64,000 nt of DNA from Lingula anatina (taxonomy: Eukaryota > Animalia > Brachiopoda): assembly GCA_051362555.1 (NCBI GenBank), contig CM120640.1, positions 28,854,503 through 28,918,502 on the forward strand. The letters are read 5' to 3'. Position numbers and translations under genes: made by a program. Within the stretch, counting starts at the first letter, position 1. Each line of letters starts with the position of its first letter. Positions 52,001-63,808 of the stretch are shown piece by piece. Under the pieces are notes generated by a model. The model searched no databases, was not told the origin of the DNA, and saw only the letters and a list, made by a program, of their open reading frames with translations.

Positions 52001-55000
52001 ATTATATCTCAGGTCAATTCAACTGGTCAAGGGACATCACATGGAGAGTCATGTGAAAGGCCAAGAGACCATTACAGGATTAGGTCCGTCATGTAGGTCC
52101 GTCATACTTAGGTCGCAGCCTAGCTAGCACTTGGCTCCTCTCGATCTGAATGGGGCCTAATTCACCAATATGACTAAGTTGTCCTATGCAGGTCAGGACC
52201 TTTGTTGGATATTTTAACAAAAATGATTTTTGGAATAGTTATTTTCTTATGTACAACAACAGGAAGTCAGCTTGGAAAAAACTGAACTTAGCCAGGAAAA
52301 ACCTCCGAGCTCATATAAGAGATGTTTCTTTTAACCTGCATGACAGCTGACACCAACCCACTGTTTAGCTTGCACTCCATTATTTCTGGTTCACCACCAA
52401 TTTAAGAAGCAGGAGTAACTGGATCCTATTTGCATTGAAATGAATTTGATAATACCTTGCCAAATGACAAAGTGCTGTGCACTTGTATGCCCATTAAATG
52501 ATAAATCTCATTTTACAAAGAGGATAAAAAAGTTACAAATCTTCTCTACAGGCAATTCCTCAAATTTCTAAGCCACACTACATGCAGTACATTATAATCT
52601 TTTCCAAATGAAAAAAAAAATCTTCATTTATAAAAGCGGTGTCAAAACATTTTTAAAAAGCTTTTCAGTTAACAAATTATAGCTAAAAGTCTTTTCAAAG
52701 AAAAAAAAATGTCAAAGACCTTCAGAATATATGAAAAAACCAAAAATTCTAAGGCAGTCAAACAATTTATCTGTAACTTGCTCAAGGCCGTAATATCATT
52801 ATGAGATACCAAAACAAATAACTCAATGGAAAAGGCATTATTTAGTTAAAACAGAAGCTCACAGCAGCCCCATTTAAGCTTACTCAACACTGATCCAAAA
52901 ACAAAGGGCAATGAAGAACCTTCGTTTTAATCTGCTGGCTCATATCTTTAGTTCATACATGACAGATCTGGACAAGATTTAGTGGGCTGTATAGTTTAAA
53001 AGATGGTCACTAAATCTTCATCCACTAGACACTGTATTAGTTGCCACAGCAGGTAATCCACAGGAGGATATTGCCACACTCTTAAAAAAAAAAGAAATTC
53101 CCGAGAGGAAATGTTAGTCTCATATACACATCTATTGCCCCATTCACAACAAAAGTTGATCCGTGGACTCACAGACCCGTGGATAAAATATGTCCGACCC
53201 ACTTAAAAGTTTGCCATGAATCCCTGCGGGGGATCTGTTCAGTGTCTATCAGGGGACTATGCGACAAGCTTTCAAGTGGTTTGTCCCTATCTGATCAGCG
53301 GATCTGTTGGTTGGCACATCATCTTGTTCTGAATATGCCTAGTATATGCTCTAGGAGAGAGAAGTGATCTTTTTTACTGGCTTCATGAGGTGTAAACCAA
53401 AAAAACTTGTGTTTTTAACATTTAATCAGAGGCGGATTGAGACCGTCTTCTGGAAGACGATCATATTTTAAAGTTTACATTGAAGGGTATCATTTTTTTT
53501 TTCTGTTGGAAGACCATCAAAAATGGAGGATGGATCAACAAAGATAATTTGGAATACTGTCAGAAAATATCTCTGGATCCGCTCCTGATTTAATGCTGTG
53601 TTAGTAGTATAATTTTTTTGTTTAAACATCATTGTACATTTACGGTGAAGCCTTTAAGCACAAAATTAAAAGCAAATGAAGCCAATCTTAGAGGAGGCAT
53701 TTTCAGGAAATGACTGAAAATAAAAAGTATTAACATCCAATTAATGGTTTCAATCTCTGTTTGCAACTATTTAAATCCCCAAAATTTCCACACACTTTTT
53801 CTTAAAACATGAAACTATGCAGATTCTCAATTTTGTATATAAAAAATATAAATATGATATTGTTACATGTCTTATGACTGATAGAAGGATATTGTAAGTT
53901 TCAAAATTAGTCAACATAAGATACCCACTGAAGAAGTAAATACAAAGATTTAGGATTCCCTCTACCAGGGACTTAGAACCAAATGACCATCTATCTATCT
54001 AGAGACATATCTGTGAATATCTGTAAAAAATCTATCAGTCGTCCTGGTAGAGGGTAGATTTAGGATACACTGAGATTTCAAAAGAGAGCTATCAAGTTTT
54101 TGCCCTTTATCGCTCTGCTTATTTGCTATTCAGTTCAGCGAAGCCTGCTTATCTATAGGGTGAAAATTGTCACAGGGACAATGGGTCATTTAACACTCAA
54201 TAGTTAAGGGGTGTGAGTATCATTGCTAATACTGTATAATGAAAAATGGCCCACTAAAGGATTCCCTTGGACTTGACACTCAGAGTGAAATGGAAATTAA
54301 AGCTAAATAAATATTAAACCACTAATTCGCAGATCTATATATCAATTGATTTATAAAATTCTCAGTGGTTTACTATAAATCTTATAAGTTATCAAACTGT
54401 CTTCAATACAACAGCCAGCTAGCAAGCGAAGGCTAACAAAAGTATGGAAAACTACTGTACACTCATTTTTGTGAAATGGTTTGGATGTTTTCGAAATAGC
54501 ATTGCGTTGGCACTTTGAATAATAGTCTGGAAACACCATGCATGGGTTGTTCACATTCGTCTGTATTGATTCAGCAGGCCGATCAGTTTATGAAACTCTT
54601 TGGCTACAAGCAAACAAATGCATGCTGCCTGACCAGTAATATTACAGCTTACTATACTTGGGCATAATTACAGAAAGAAATTATTTACACTTTTTTGATA
54701 ATTATGAATAGTGTGGAAATATGGGAGTCAATCATGGGGAAGTGGTTGCATCAATTTCTATTTAAAACTGAGGGGAATATTCAGAGTTATAGGAAAGTTA
54801 ATTTTAATTCATTATTTTAATATGGCACATTTCCCTCCACTATGACCAGTTTTGTTATACCAACCATCCCTAGATAGAGAAATTTTTGGATGTCTCTTTT
54901 TTATTTCCCCCTACCTTTACGTGTTAACCCAACAATTGAATTGCAATTATCAACTTCCAGCAATCTGCAAACATCCAATATGATACTTCAAACCCAGTGC

Positions 55001-57665
55001 CAATGTTAACCAAAAACACAGATGGCCTGGGTACAATTCATCTTTTTCAATTGCCTCTGGGAATAAATAAACCAGGCAGGCATAATATACAATTGTTAAT
55101 CCAGTCCACTCCAACAAATCATGGGGAGACTTTTTATAGTGGTTAGACAGAGGGCATGAAGGTTGAAGTTTGTAATGACAAATCTTCTTTGCCTCCTTAG
55201 GTAAGCCAATTCACATGCAAAACCCTGCTGATGACAACATAATATTGGCAGATACTTAATAAGAAACCAAACAGTAAGAAGCTCATTGAGGAAGAACTTT
55301 CAGTTAGCTCAGGAGATTATGATTAACAAGTGCCCAAACCTCAAGAAGCTAACAACAAATAAAGGCCATATGCACTAGGAAATCAGACAAGGAAATAGCA
55401 ACAAATGAAATTATGCTTGGCTGCATGCAGCTCTTCATATCCATATAAGATAAACACCCTTCAAATTCTTCTCTAGCTATTGCACAAGAAGGCTCAAGAC
55501 ATGATCAACTACATTTTTACCACTATAGGTTGACGACTTGCATAATAAAATGCAACAACAATTAATTTCCCATTCCTTTACTTAGAACATAGATCTTAGG
55601 AGACCATGGGATTGGAAATGTAACAATCACATATTTGAAAGGTTATCTGAATATGATCTCTAACCACCGAAAGCCATTCTAATTCCTAGAGCTGCTGTCC
55701 TGCCCTGCCATTATAATATTTGAGGCACAGTGCTTCCTTTTGTAATGTAAGATTGGCTTCCTATCTAAGAAATCATTATCACATACAAGTACTAAGCCAT
55801 GATAGTACTACAGGACATACTAAATTGATAAATGAAGACCTGACTGAAAATCAGTCAAAATTAAAACCTTGATCAATTTTACTGGGTTAATTGTATTAAT
55901 GCTTGGGAGTTAGTGCTAACCTTTCTGCAAACTGAATAATATAAATTCACAAAATATGATACAAATGGCCACATGTTTTAAGTAACCTCTGTTCAGCAGC
56001 ACATGCATGTGTACAACCTGCAGCAACATAACTAATGATTTCAATTTCTTTACAATTCTTTAATAACTTAAGAAACACCATATGTTGACTTTAAGGACCA
56101 TGTTGGCTGGTGTTACCTGATACACAGACATTACGCTTAATATTAGGAAGTTCAACAGAGTGCCCCTGGCTTAAAAGGGTAATAGCAGTTGATTTATGCC
56201 ATACAACTTTGCTAAATGGATGTGATAAAAAATCATTGCACATCTAAAACGTAAAATTTGATAACCATGTTCACCAGTGATACTCATTTAAAATAAACAA
56301 CATACAGCTACATACTAAATCATTTTTCAACTTTTCAGAAACACTTTCAATTTTATTTCATACCTGTCCCAAACTATAAAATTCCAGGGATAATCAAATG
56401 CTACATATTGGATAAGACATCAATAATATGTCAGTTACATGTTCAGCAGGTACATGACCTTTAACATCTAAGGCTCTCCTGTCATCCCCCTTCTCCCAGA
56501 AAAAAAAGGACCTGGCCATTTTTCAATCCCTGTGCCCACATACTACAGTAAAATTGTTTACATTTTATATTTACCTAACGAAGCAAGGCAAGACTTTTAA
56601 CCATGGCCCCTTCCTAATCAAAATCCTTGATCCACTAGGGACTATAGTAACACAAAATAAGGGTCATTCCACCAAAGAAATTTAACATTTGAGACAGGTT
56701 GTTAATGAACACATTTTGTGTAATGTTTGCTTAACTGTGTCCTATCATTTTTAAATTACTGTTGATTTCTATCCATATTGAAGGGTACTATATTATAAAA
56801 CAATTAAAATAATGGGGGTAAGTCAAAATTATGTGTGCGTCACAGAGACTTTTTCGTGGGCTGACCCCACAACTGTCTGGCCCCTCACCTCAAATGCCCA
56901 TGTGCACGGTATATTGACAAATCTCTGGACACATCTCCCGACTTCCACATCCTCATGTGTCGAATACAGGTTCTTTAAACAGTAGCTGATGTGTGGGATG
57001 AGTTTTCGCAGTGTTTCTTTACTAAACACAACCCCAGGTCCACCCATGCAGAAATTCTGACTGCCATCCAAACTGAGTTTTCCAAATTCTTCTTTAGTTC
57101 CCAATCCTGCCTGGCCAATAAATTGGGGCTTGGAGTTATTGATGGAATGTAGGAATTTAGAGAGACTATCTCCTTTAATGTATACGTCGTCGTCGGCTCG
57201 AACGAACCAGTCATACTTGTCTAAGTAATGGTCGTGCATATATTTGATCATCATGAAAGATTTTTTCACAGGAGGATAGCTGTCATCTACGCCGGTTAAG
57301 CTCACAATGGGGATATCGTAATGACTATGTGATCCTGCGCTCGAGAAAAACGCCACTTCTCCCGGAATGGTCTTGGCCCAAGTTCTGTGTGCTGCGACTG
57401 CCCGCGAATCCAAATATTTTTTCGCCGTCATCACCCCGACAAAAATGGATTTTTTATAATTTTGTAGAGGCTTTTCGGTTTTAACTATGTATCTGATAGG
57501 CAGTTTATCGTTTTGCTTACCAGGCCCGTCCGTACAGCATCCGCGTAAGCAGGACGCCGCCTGGTGCCGCAGCGATGCCAAGAAGGCAAAGCCGACTAGC
57601 AGGCCAACGAGAAGGCCTATAGCGGCCTGGCGAATACTGCCGCCGTGCCGTTTGGGGCGGACCAT
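34076..57665 (-). CDS. CHSY1: Chondroitin sulfate synthase 1 (two-domain glycosyltransferase, ~772 aa)
   Basis: Exon 57665-56889 encodes a type II membrane anchor, FVGVMTA, DDSYPP, WFVRADDDVY, FCMGGPG and HEDVEVGRC. It splices in phase 0 (WAFE|MQSLFYQNY) to exon 35617-34076 (PLHGAEYVLDLLL, VPVRRHAYLQQ, FSRG, FFVDVD, YFPVVFSQY, GWGKEDVDL). Intron 35618-56888 is ~21.3 kb. Likely poly(A) signal on the minus strand near 31665-31670. Confidence 0.95.
38148..39904. mobile_element. Older Harbinger-type fold-back element carrying nested insertions
   Basis: Flanked by TAA (38145-38147 and 39905-39907). The left end GGCCCCATTCCCATAGA and ~110 bp of left arm are imperfectly complementary to 39560-39675 plus 39893-39904. 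The interior ~38390-39450 is CpG-richer, unrelated sequence. Confidence 0.7.
39676..39889. mobile_element. ~214-bp MITE inserted into the right TIR of the previous element
   Basis: TAT target duplication at 39673-39675 and 39890-39892; closely similar to 41637-41851. Confidence 0.85.
41637..41851. mobile_element. 215-bp PIF/Harbinger (Tourist-like) MITE
   Basis: TIRs GGCTCTATTCCCATAGATT / AATCTATGGAAATGGGGTG; 3-bp target duplication CAA (41634-41636 and 41852-41854); three copies in the window. Confidence 0.85.
45864..46144. mobile_element. Harbinger/Tourist-like fold-back MITE
   Basis: TAA|GGGTGTGTTCAGAATAGAAGT ... ACTTCTATTCTGAACGCAGCC|TAA. Internal arms TCAGCTTGTCTGGCATGCCCTCTCA / TGAGGGGGTGTGCCAGACAATTAAGCTGA. 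Confidence 0.8.
48945..49031. repeat. Compound (CT)n(CA)n microsatellite
   Basis: CT run 48945-48986 directly followed by CA run 48987-49031. Confidence 0.97.
51501..51706. mobile_element. Fold-back palindrome related to the Harbinger MITE family
   Basis: ~90-bp arms, e.g. GGATTGATCTATCTCCAAGGGGATTCTTGC vs GCAAGAAACCCCTTGGAGATGGATCGATCC and GCCTACTGAAGCTGCTA vs TAGCAGCTTCAGTAGGC. The loop GGGGGTAATTAA is shared with the 215-bp MITE. Confidence 0.75.
51845..52157. mobile_element. 313-bp fold-back Harbinger-type MITE
   Basis: TAA|GTCCTCATTCAGATCGAG ... CTCGATCTGAATGGGGCC|TAA, with arms pairing over ~130 bp (e.g. TAATCCTGTAATGGTCTCT / AGAGACCATTACAGGATTA). Confidence 0.85.
53136..53339. mobile_element. 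Decayed fold-back MITE with GCCCCATTC-type terminus
   Basis: Ends TGCCCCATTCACAACAA / TTGTTCTGAATATGCC; inner arms CCACTTAAAAGTTTGCCAT / ATGCGACAAGCTTTCAAGTGG. Confidence 0.55.
53427..53587. mobile_element. Small non-autonomous TIR element (CAGGGGCGGATC-type ends, hAT-like)
   Basis: CAGAGGCGGATT ... GATCCGCTCCTG, flanked by the direct repeat ATTTAAT (53420-53426 and 53588-53594). Confidence 0.55.
53957..54055. mobile_element. 99-bp TIR mini-element with 11-bp flanking direct repeat
   Basis: CCCTCTACCAGG ... CCTGGTAGAGGG; AGATTTAGGAT at 53946-53956 and 54056-54066. Confidence 0.7.
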
Positions 57666-58427
57666 CGTGTCAGATCATCTGCCCAAGCTTCTTTCTATCG
57701 CACCCATATAATCATACCACCAGTCCGATGAAGCGAACCTCTCGCCTCAGCATCTCGGTTATACCATAGTTCACTTCACCCACATTTCGCCGGCGCTTTC
57801 TCTTTTGTCAACTAAAAAAAAAGTTAGAAATTCGTTAATTTCACTCCAGTCCCCTCTTTCTCGCTTTATCCGACTAATATGAGCTTTAAATCCCTTCTTC
57901 CGGTGAGCATATTTAGCAAACGCTACGTTGATCTGAGAACTGTTTCACCTGTTGCTATCAGTGCGTGTACTCATAATCTCAACTGCATGTTGACTTTACG
58001 CTAGCCCGAGTTTATTATCAATGAACTGACCTACATGTGGGCTGAAAGGTGAAGGACGTTTTGTAAAATCACGTGGTTTAAGGCTGAAAGAAAATCTACT
58101 AAAATCATTCAAAATGTACACATCAAATACAATTTTGTCAGAAAAGTGATGGGCATTGTGTTTTAGTTATGGTTTTATCTAAAAACTGAAAAATAGCGAA
58201 GGTGTAAACAGCGAAGCAAACATGGCGACCATCATTTTGTTGCAGGGCAGTGTTGGATATGTTTGGCCCTCGTACTATAGTGTCTGAGAATATTTTGTCC
58301 TTGACCCACGGTCTGTCGTGCTATGACGCATTACGGACTGAATTGGTGCTTTTAACCACCTGATTGCAAAACTGTAGAGAAAGATAAGCTCTTTATTTCC
58401 CTGCTCCTGTCGGCGAGAAAATCCAAT
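57666..58427. promoter_or_regulatory. Bidirectional promoter/5'UTR region between CHSY1 and RPRD2
   Basis: The two start codons face away from each other 762 bp apart. The region is CpG-retaining, with YY1-like AACATGGCG at ~58219 and AATATGGCGGCG overlapping the RPRD2 ATG. Confidence 0.65.
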
Positions 58428-61400
58428 ATGGCGGCGTCATCAAACGAAAGCGTGGAAAAGAAATTTCAAAATGTCACAAACCGGCAGGATAGTATCCAGT
58501 CTATGTCTCTGTGGATAATACACCATAAGAATCATTATAAGAAAATCGTGGACACGTGGTACAAAGTGCTCAAGAAAGGTAGGGAAAATTGGAACCATTT
58601 AACTTGTCTTTCCAAATTCAACCTCAAGGAGATCTGTGACAGTGAAGTGTTATTTCATTCAGGATTTGAGGTCTAGGTTTGATACACTTTTTCAGATCTA
58701 AAAAAGTTCTTTTAAACTATCTTGATATGTAATTAAGAAATCTTTGCAATTTAAAAGGTAGTCTGGTATGATAGTGCTATGTAAATCATGTATAGATTTT
58801 AAATTGCAAATGACTTATGCTTCTTCATTATAATACAGCCTGACAAAATAAGCCGAGATGTAAAATTAAAATGCATCTAACACTTTTATGTTATGTTTTA
58901 ATCTTGTGTCCTTTTCAGCCAAAACTTCTCATCGTTTAACCCTGTTCTATTTGTGCAATGATGTTGTTCAAAATTGCAAGAGGAAAGGTGCTTTGGTCTA
59001 TCAAGATGCATTTAAAAACATACTCAAAGATGCAGTATTGTTGGTCAGGTAATGTATAATAAATTGTTTGATGGGGATTAAAGGGAACACAGGGCATTTG
59101 TCAGAGTAATATATCTGCTTTAATGGACAAAAAAATAGATTAAAGCTGTGTCCATATTGAAAATCAACAGATAGTTTACTGTCTGAGATTGCATAGGTAC
59201 CCGAAAGGGATGGTTACAAATATGTGAATAACCAAATGTTTTGTTTTTGACTTAGTTTGTCCGTAAATTAATTCATTAAAGATGAGTTGAATGCTGAAAA
59301 AGATTTGCTTTTAAATGCTAGAATATGAAAATGTTAAAATAATGTGTATCATGAATGAAAATTATGAAACACAAGCTAAAATACTTTCATACCGTTAGCT
59401 TATGGCCAACCTGGACATAGGCCTTCATCAGACTAATGTGACCAGATTATGACAACCATTGACTGCTAGGTGGTAAAGTGGCCAGGGCCCTCTTATAAAC
59501 ATCCCTATTCATGGGTGGCTGGTGACAGCCAACAGATAGAGTCAGAAAAAAACAGCTAGTGATTCTCCCTTATTGTCAAGGAATTTCAGAGAACATGTGA
59601 AGGATCGAAAAAAAAGCAGTGTCAACACTGCTTTTAGACTCTAGTGCACACTAAAACAATCCCTAGTGGCACCAAAGAACTAGATCCCTCAAGAACAGTG
59701 TTGTGGGAATATGTATAGGAGTAACTGTTATGACCTTTTACATTGGTGAGACAGGTAGACAGTTGAAGACCAGGGTTGGTGAACACTGAAAGTCAGTGAC
59801 TGTTGGGGATACGAGCTCTGCCATTTCTGAATATGTAATAACACCAGCCACAGTATTGACTGGAATTCAACCAAGATCCTTGAATCCGAAGGGGGGGGGG
59901 GGGGGGGGGGGTTGATCTGCCTGACATTTATAAGAGGGTCCTGGCCGCTATACCACCTAGCCTTCAGTGAGTGTCACGACACCATCTGCTCACCTCAGTT
60001 TGATGAAGGCCTACGTCCAGGTTGGCTGTAAGCTAATGTATGAAAGTTTTTTGGCTTGTGTTTATTTTCATTTATGACCCAACTACCAAGCTAATGAACA
60101 TTTTTGCTCAAACAAATGTGAAATTCTTAAAGTTAAAATGTTTACCATTTTACCTGCAGGGAGCATTCTATCAAAGCACAGGTTGAACGTCTGATAACTA
60201 TTTGGGAGGACAGGAATGTGTATGATGCAGAGTTCCTGGCTGAACTGCAAGAACTGCTAGGTAAACTGCTAGGTTCTTTAACTCTTCTTGAAATAACTCT
60301 TATTGAATGCCATAATTCATACTATATGTTCCAGTTGTATGACATTATGGTCAGAGATGGTCAGAATGTGACTTATAGTTGGGAAAAGATGGAAATGGAC
60401 AGTCTGGAATTGTTTACATTATTAAGATAGTGGAATTCTTAAAATATATGAAGTGAAAAATCAGATTTATTTGTTAAGCTACTAAAGGTGAACTTTTTGA
60501 ATTGTTGTTAATGTTAAATGTTTGTAGGTTTTGGTTGATGTCCGTGGATGTTATTGTTCTGCTTAAATTGTCCATATCATTTCATTTTTGAGTATTTCAA
60601 AATATAACACTAAATTTTTTGAAGTTGTTATTTATGTATGAGCATGAGTGCTGTACACAAATAAGCACTAATTTGTTAAGAAAAACAACAGCAAAAATGA
60701 AATAAGAGATAAACTAACATAATACTTTATTTTTCTTTAATAACTTGAATTTAAAAGGCAAAATGTATTTTCTCTTTGTAGTCAATTCCAAGGTGAGGGC
60801 CTCCATGAATTCAAAACTATTAGCAGAATTTAAGGTATGTTGTATTTCATCAAGTTTGTACCTCAACAAAATCATTAATGATAGTAAACTGGGGAAAAAA
60901 ATGCCCAAAATCGACCTCTTTGTTGTCTAATGTAAGTTTTTAAAATGTGATACATTAAAAATTATTCAAATCCTGTGTTTGTTATGTACAGGATTGTTTG
61001 TTACTAAAAGAAAAATGGTTGTTGACTTATACGTGTAAGTGGGCAGTTTGACTGCAAATCTCAGCAGTGGAACATCTGGGTCAATATGCTCCTCTTGCCT
61101 GCTTAGATGAGGGGATGCACAAATGTGGATGCAGTCATCCATAGTTAAATTGAGTTGTTGCCATTGGTAATTGAAATAATATGCAACATTTTCTTTGATG
61201 ATTTAAAATGCTTATTGATAAGAAGCTAGGTTTGTTATGTAGTGTTGTATATTATATACCGCATCCATAGTCTGTATAATAAAATCTGGAATTGTTCCTT
61301 TCACAGCCCAAGTCTCTCATCAGTGCCATCAGCAGTTTTAGGAGGTATGAAGATGAGATCCTTTTAAAACGGAAACAGTTAACCAATCTACGTTTGGATG

Positions 61401-63808
61401 CAGCAAGTGCGGAAGCCATACAACAACTCAAAGGTGAGGAGTTTGATAATAAGTAGAGATTGAGTTTTACAACACTCAGAGAAATTTGTTTAAGGAGTGT
61501 GTTGAAGCTTCAGAGAAATTTTTTGTAAGAAGTGTATTGATTTTTTTTAACAGACATGTATTCCATGCACTAATTGGGTATGTTTGTATAGGTTTTTCTT
61601 CTGATGACTAGATCATTTGGAGTTGACAATTAATGTAAAGGTATTGGGGTGAAAACAGGACCTGGACAATGTTATGGCACTGTTTATCCAGTCCATTGGG
61701 CACAGTGACTATTTTGTACATTAACTCAGGGGTCCAGTTGAATGTTAAAAATAACAGACAGCTCCCCTTCTAGCATCCTATCCTATCCCGTGGCATGGTT
61801 GACCGCAGAGCCCCACTTGAGGATTTAGTGACCAGCTCTCTCCACTCCCATCTGTCTTCTGCTTTCCAGAAGATGCTGCTCATCTTCAGCCTGGTCTGTT
61901 CTGTGATGTTCTTACATCTTGTTTTTCTGTCCTCGTCTTCTCTCTCCTTGTATTGCCCCTTGCAAAATCGTTGTGCAAGTCCTGTTGGTCTTGTGATGTG
62001 CTTGTACCACTTCAGCTCGAGTTTGGGAAAAGATGGAAATGGACAGTCTGGAATTGTTTACATTATTAAGATAATGGAATTCTTAAAATATATGAAGTGA
62101 AAAATCAGATTTATTTGTTAAGCTACTAAAGGTGAACTTTTTGAATTGTTGTTAATGTTAAATGTTTATAGGTTTTGGTTGATGTCCATGGATGTTATTG
62201 TTCTGCACAAGTTGTCTGTATCATTTTATTTTTGAGTATTTCAAAATATAACACTAATTTTTTTGAAGTTGTTATTTATGTATGAGCATGAGTGTATACA
62301 CAAATAATTACTAATTTATTAAGAAAAACAACAGCAAAAAGTTAATAAGAGATAAAGTAACGTAATCCTGCTCCTCAATTCCTCATTTGTGACATGGTCT
62401 TTGTAGGAGATGTCTAATAGTCTTTGGAAGCATCTCATCTCTACTGATTATATTCTCCTACAGCTTCTACCCTACATGAGCATATATACACCATGGGAAG
62501 AGGAACTAGTTCTTCTAGATGTGTAACAGGGAACTTGCATGTAACAGTGCCTATAGTGGTCAGGCATCTCAACATCACTGTAAGCTATGGCTGCAAACCA
62601 AAAGAGTGAAGTCTTCACTGTTGCATTTACACTGGGTAGAGATAACTTCATGTTGAATTTTTTGCCTTTTTCAGACCGTGCACATGGGAAAGAGTTTTCT
62701 CAGCAGTTTGAAGATAGCTGTGTTAAATATGAGGAGTATGTGACGTGTCTAGAGAAGGAAATTAAAGACAGGACGGCACTGATAGAGTGTTTGGAGAAGA
62801 GTGAGATATTTTATGATGCACAGTATGGGGAGGTGAAAATAGTGGCCAACGTGAGTATCACTTGTTTAATAGAAAGTTTTCTGCTTAGAAATGTGGTATA
62901 CCTTTTTGAAAGGGTACTGTGACTTAACTGTTAATGTGAATTAGTGAAAAAAATATATAAACAGACAACATAATTGCAAAGACATACAAATAAGTTAATA
63001 AATAAATAACATCAGATATGTATTATTATAATAATAGAAATAAAGTAAGAAAGAAAAAAATATTATTTTTGCCTCTGCAAGGGGGCTGAACTCCCAAGAA
63101 GGAAGTATGTTGACTTCATTGATAATTCTGGTATTTTTTCTTTTACACACAGTACACTTAAAATAATATGTGAACCAAGTAACTACATATCTTGGCTTTC
63201 TTTGTCCCTAATGTGCCCTGAAATATAACACGGTTGTTGTCCTTACTTATGTACCAATTTGGTGAGTCTTGAAATGCTCACTCAAATCGGCAGAATTGGG
63301 GTAGGTAACATGAGCACATATGGGACTAAGAAAGCCAGGAAATGTCATTATGGGGTTCAAAATATTAATTTGAGGGTACTGTAAGAAAAAACAAATTGTC
63401 AGGGTATCAGTGAACTCGACATACTTCCATCTTCGGAGTTCAACCTCCTTATTCTGGTTTGATTTATTTATATTGGTAACTGTCCTCATTGTCAAATTCA
63501 AAGAGTACTTGACCTCAAAAAGTAAGTATCAGTGTTCTGGTATATTACATTCTCTCAGTATGTTCTGGTAATGTAATCTCTCTTTTTCTGACAGGCCTAC
63601 AAGAACTTTTCCACCAGAGTTAACAATGTAAAGAAAAAATTGGCAGACAAGAAGCTCCTGCTTCCAGGCTCCATGAGCCCGGTCCCATCTCCCAGCATGG
63701 ACGCCCCCTCCCCAGGGAACACTCCCCCACCTGATCCTTCCAAAGACAACACGGAGGAGGTGGACATGGAGCTGTCTGATGAGGAACTGGATGCTGGGAA
63801 GATTGTAG
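58428..63808 (+). CDS. RPRD2: Regulation of nuclear pre-mRNA domain-containing protein 2 (CID domain), 5' portion; continues beyond the window
   Basis: Exons 58428-58578, 58919-59048, 60160-60260, 60782-60834, 61307-61433, 62675-62850 and 63595-63808. CID motifs DSIQSMSLWII, RLTLFYLCNDVVQN, IWEDRNVY. RPRD2-type segments FYDAQYGEVKIVANAYKNF, SPVPSPSMDAPSP and DMELSD. Confidence 0.92.
59354..60072 (+). mobile_element. Degenerate Penelope-like retroelement 3' end (GIY-YIG endonuclease remnant) with inverted terminal repeats
   Basis: 59559-59940 translates, with stops and shifts, as VILPYCQGISE...LVAPK...GNMYRSNC.YDLYIGETGRQLKTRVGEH...SAISEY...HSIDWNSTKILESE...GVDLPDIY. 59354-59437 is an inverted copy of ~59995-60072. 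Confidence 0.8.
60377..60723 (+). repeat. ~347-bp direct duplication, copy 1 (copy 2 at 62020-62366)
   Basis: The two segments align almost base for base from GGGAAAAGATGGAAATGG to AATAAGAGATAAA.TAAC.TAAT. Confidence 0.92.
61775..62445 (-). mobile_element. RTE-clade LINE 3' remnant, interrupted by a duplicated intron segment
   Basis: Minus strand 62445-62364 reads VEMRCFQRLLDISYKDHVTNEELRSRI. 62017-61790 reads LKWYKHITR...ILQGAIQGERRRG...AEDRWEWRELV (with shifts) and ends in a (GATAG)n-type tail at 61775-61788. Confidence 0.8.
62020..62366 (+). repeat. ~347-bp direct duplication, copy 2, inside the RTE remnant
   Basis: See copy 1; no TIRs or target-site duplication visible. Confidence 0.92.

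Noticed and set aside
36000-56800. Numerous 60-90 aa ORFs in the CHSY1 intron as a nested gene
   Set aside because: No recognisable domains or consistent splice-phase chain; several derive from microsatellites or MITEs.
59891-59911. 21-nt poly-G run as a G-quadruplex regulatory element
   Set aside because: It sits in the Gly-coding part of a decayed Penelope remnant; homopolymer expansion or sequencing artefact is more likely.
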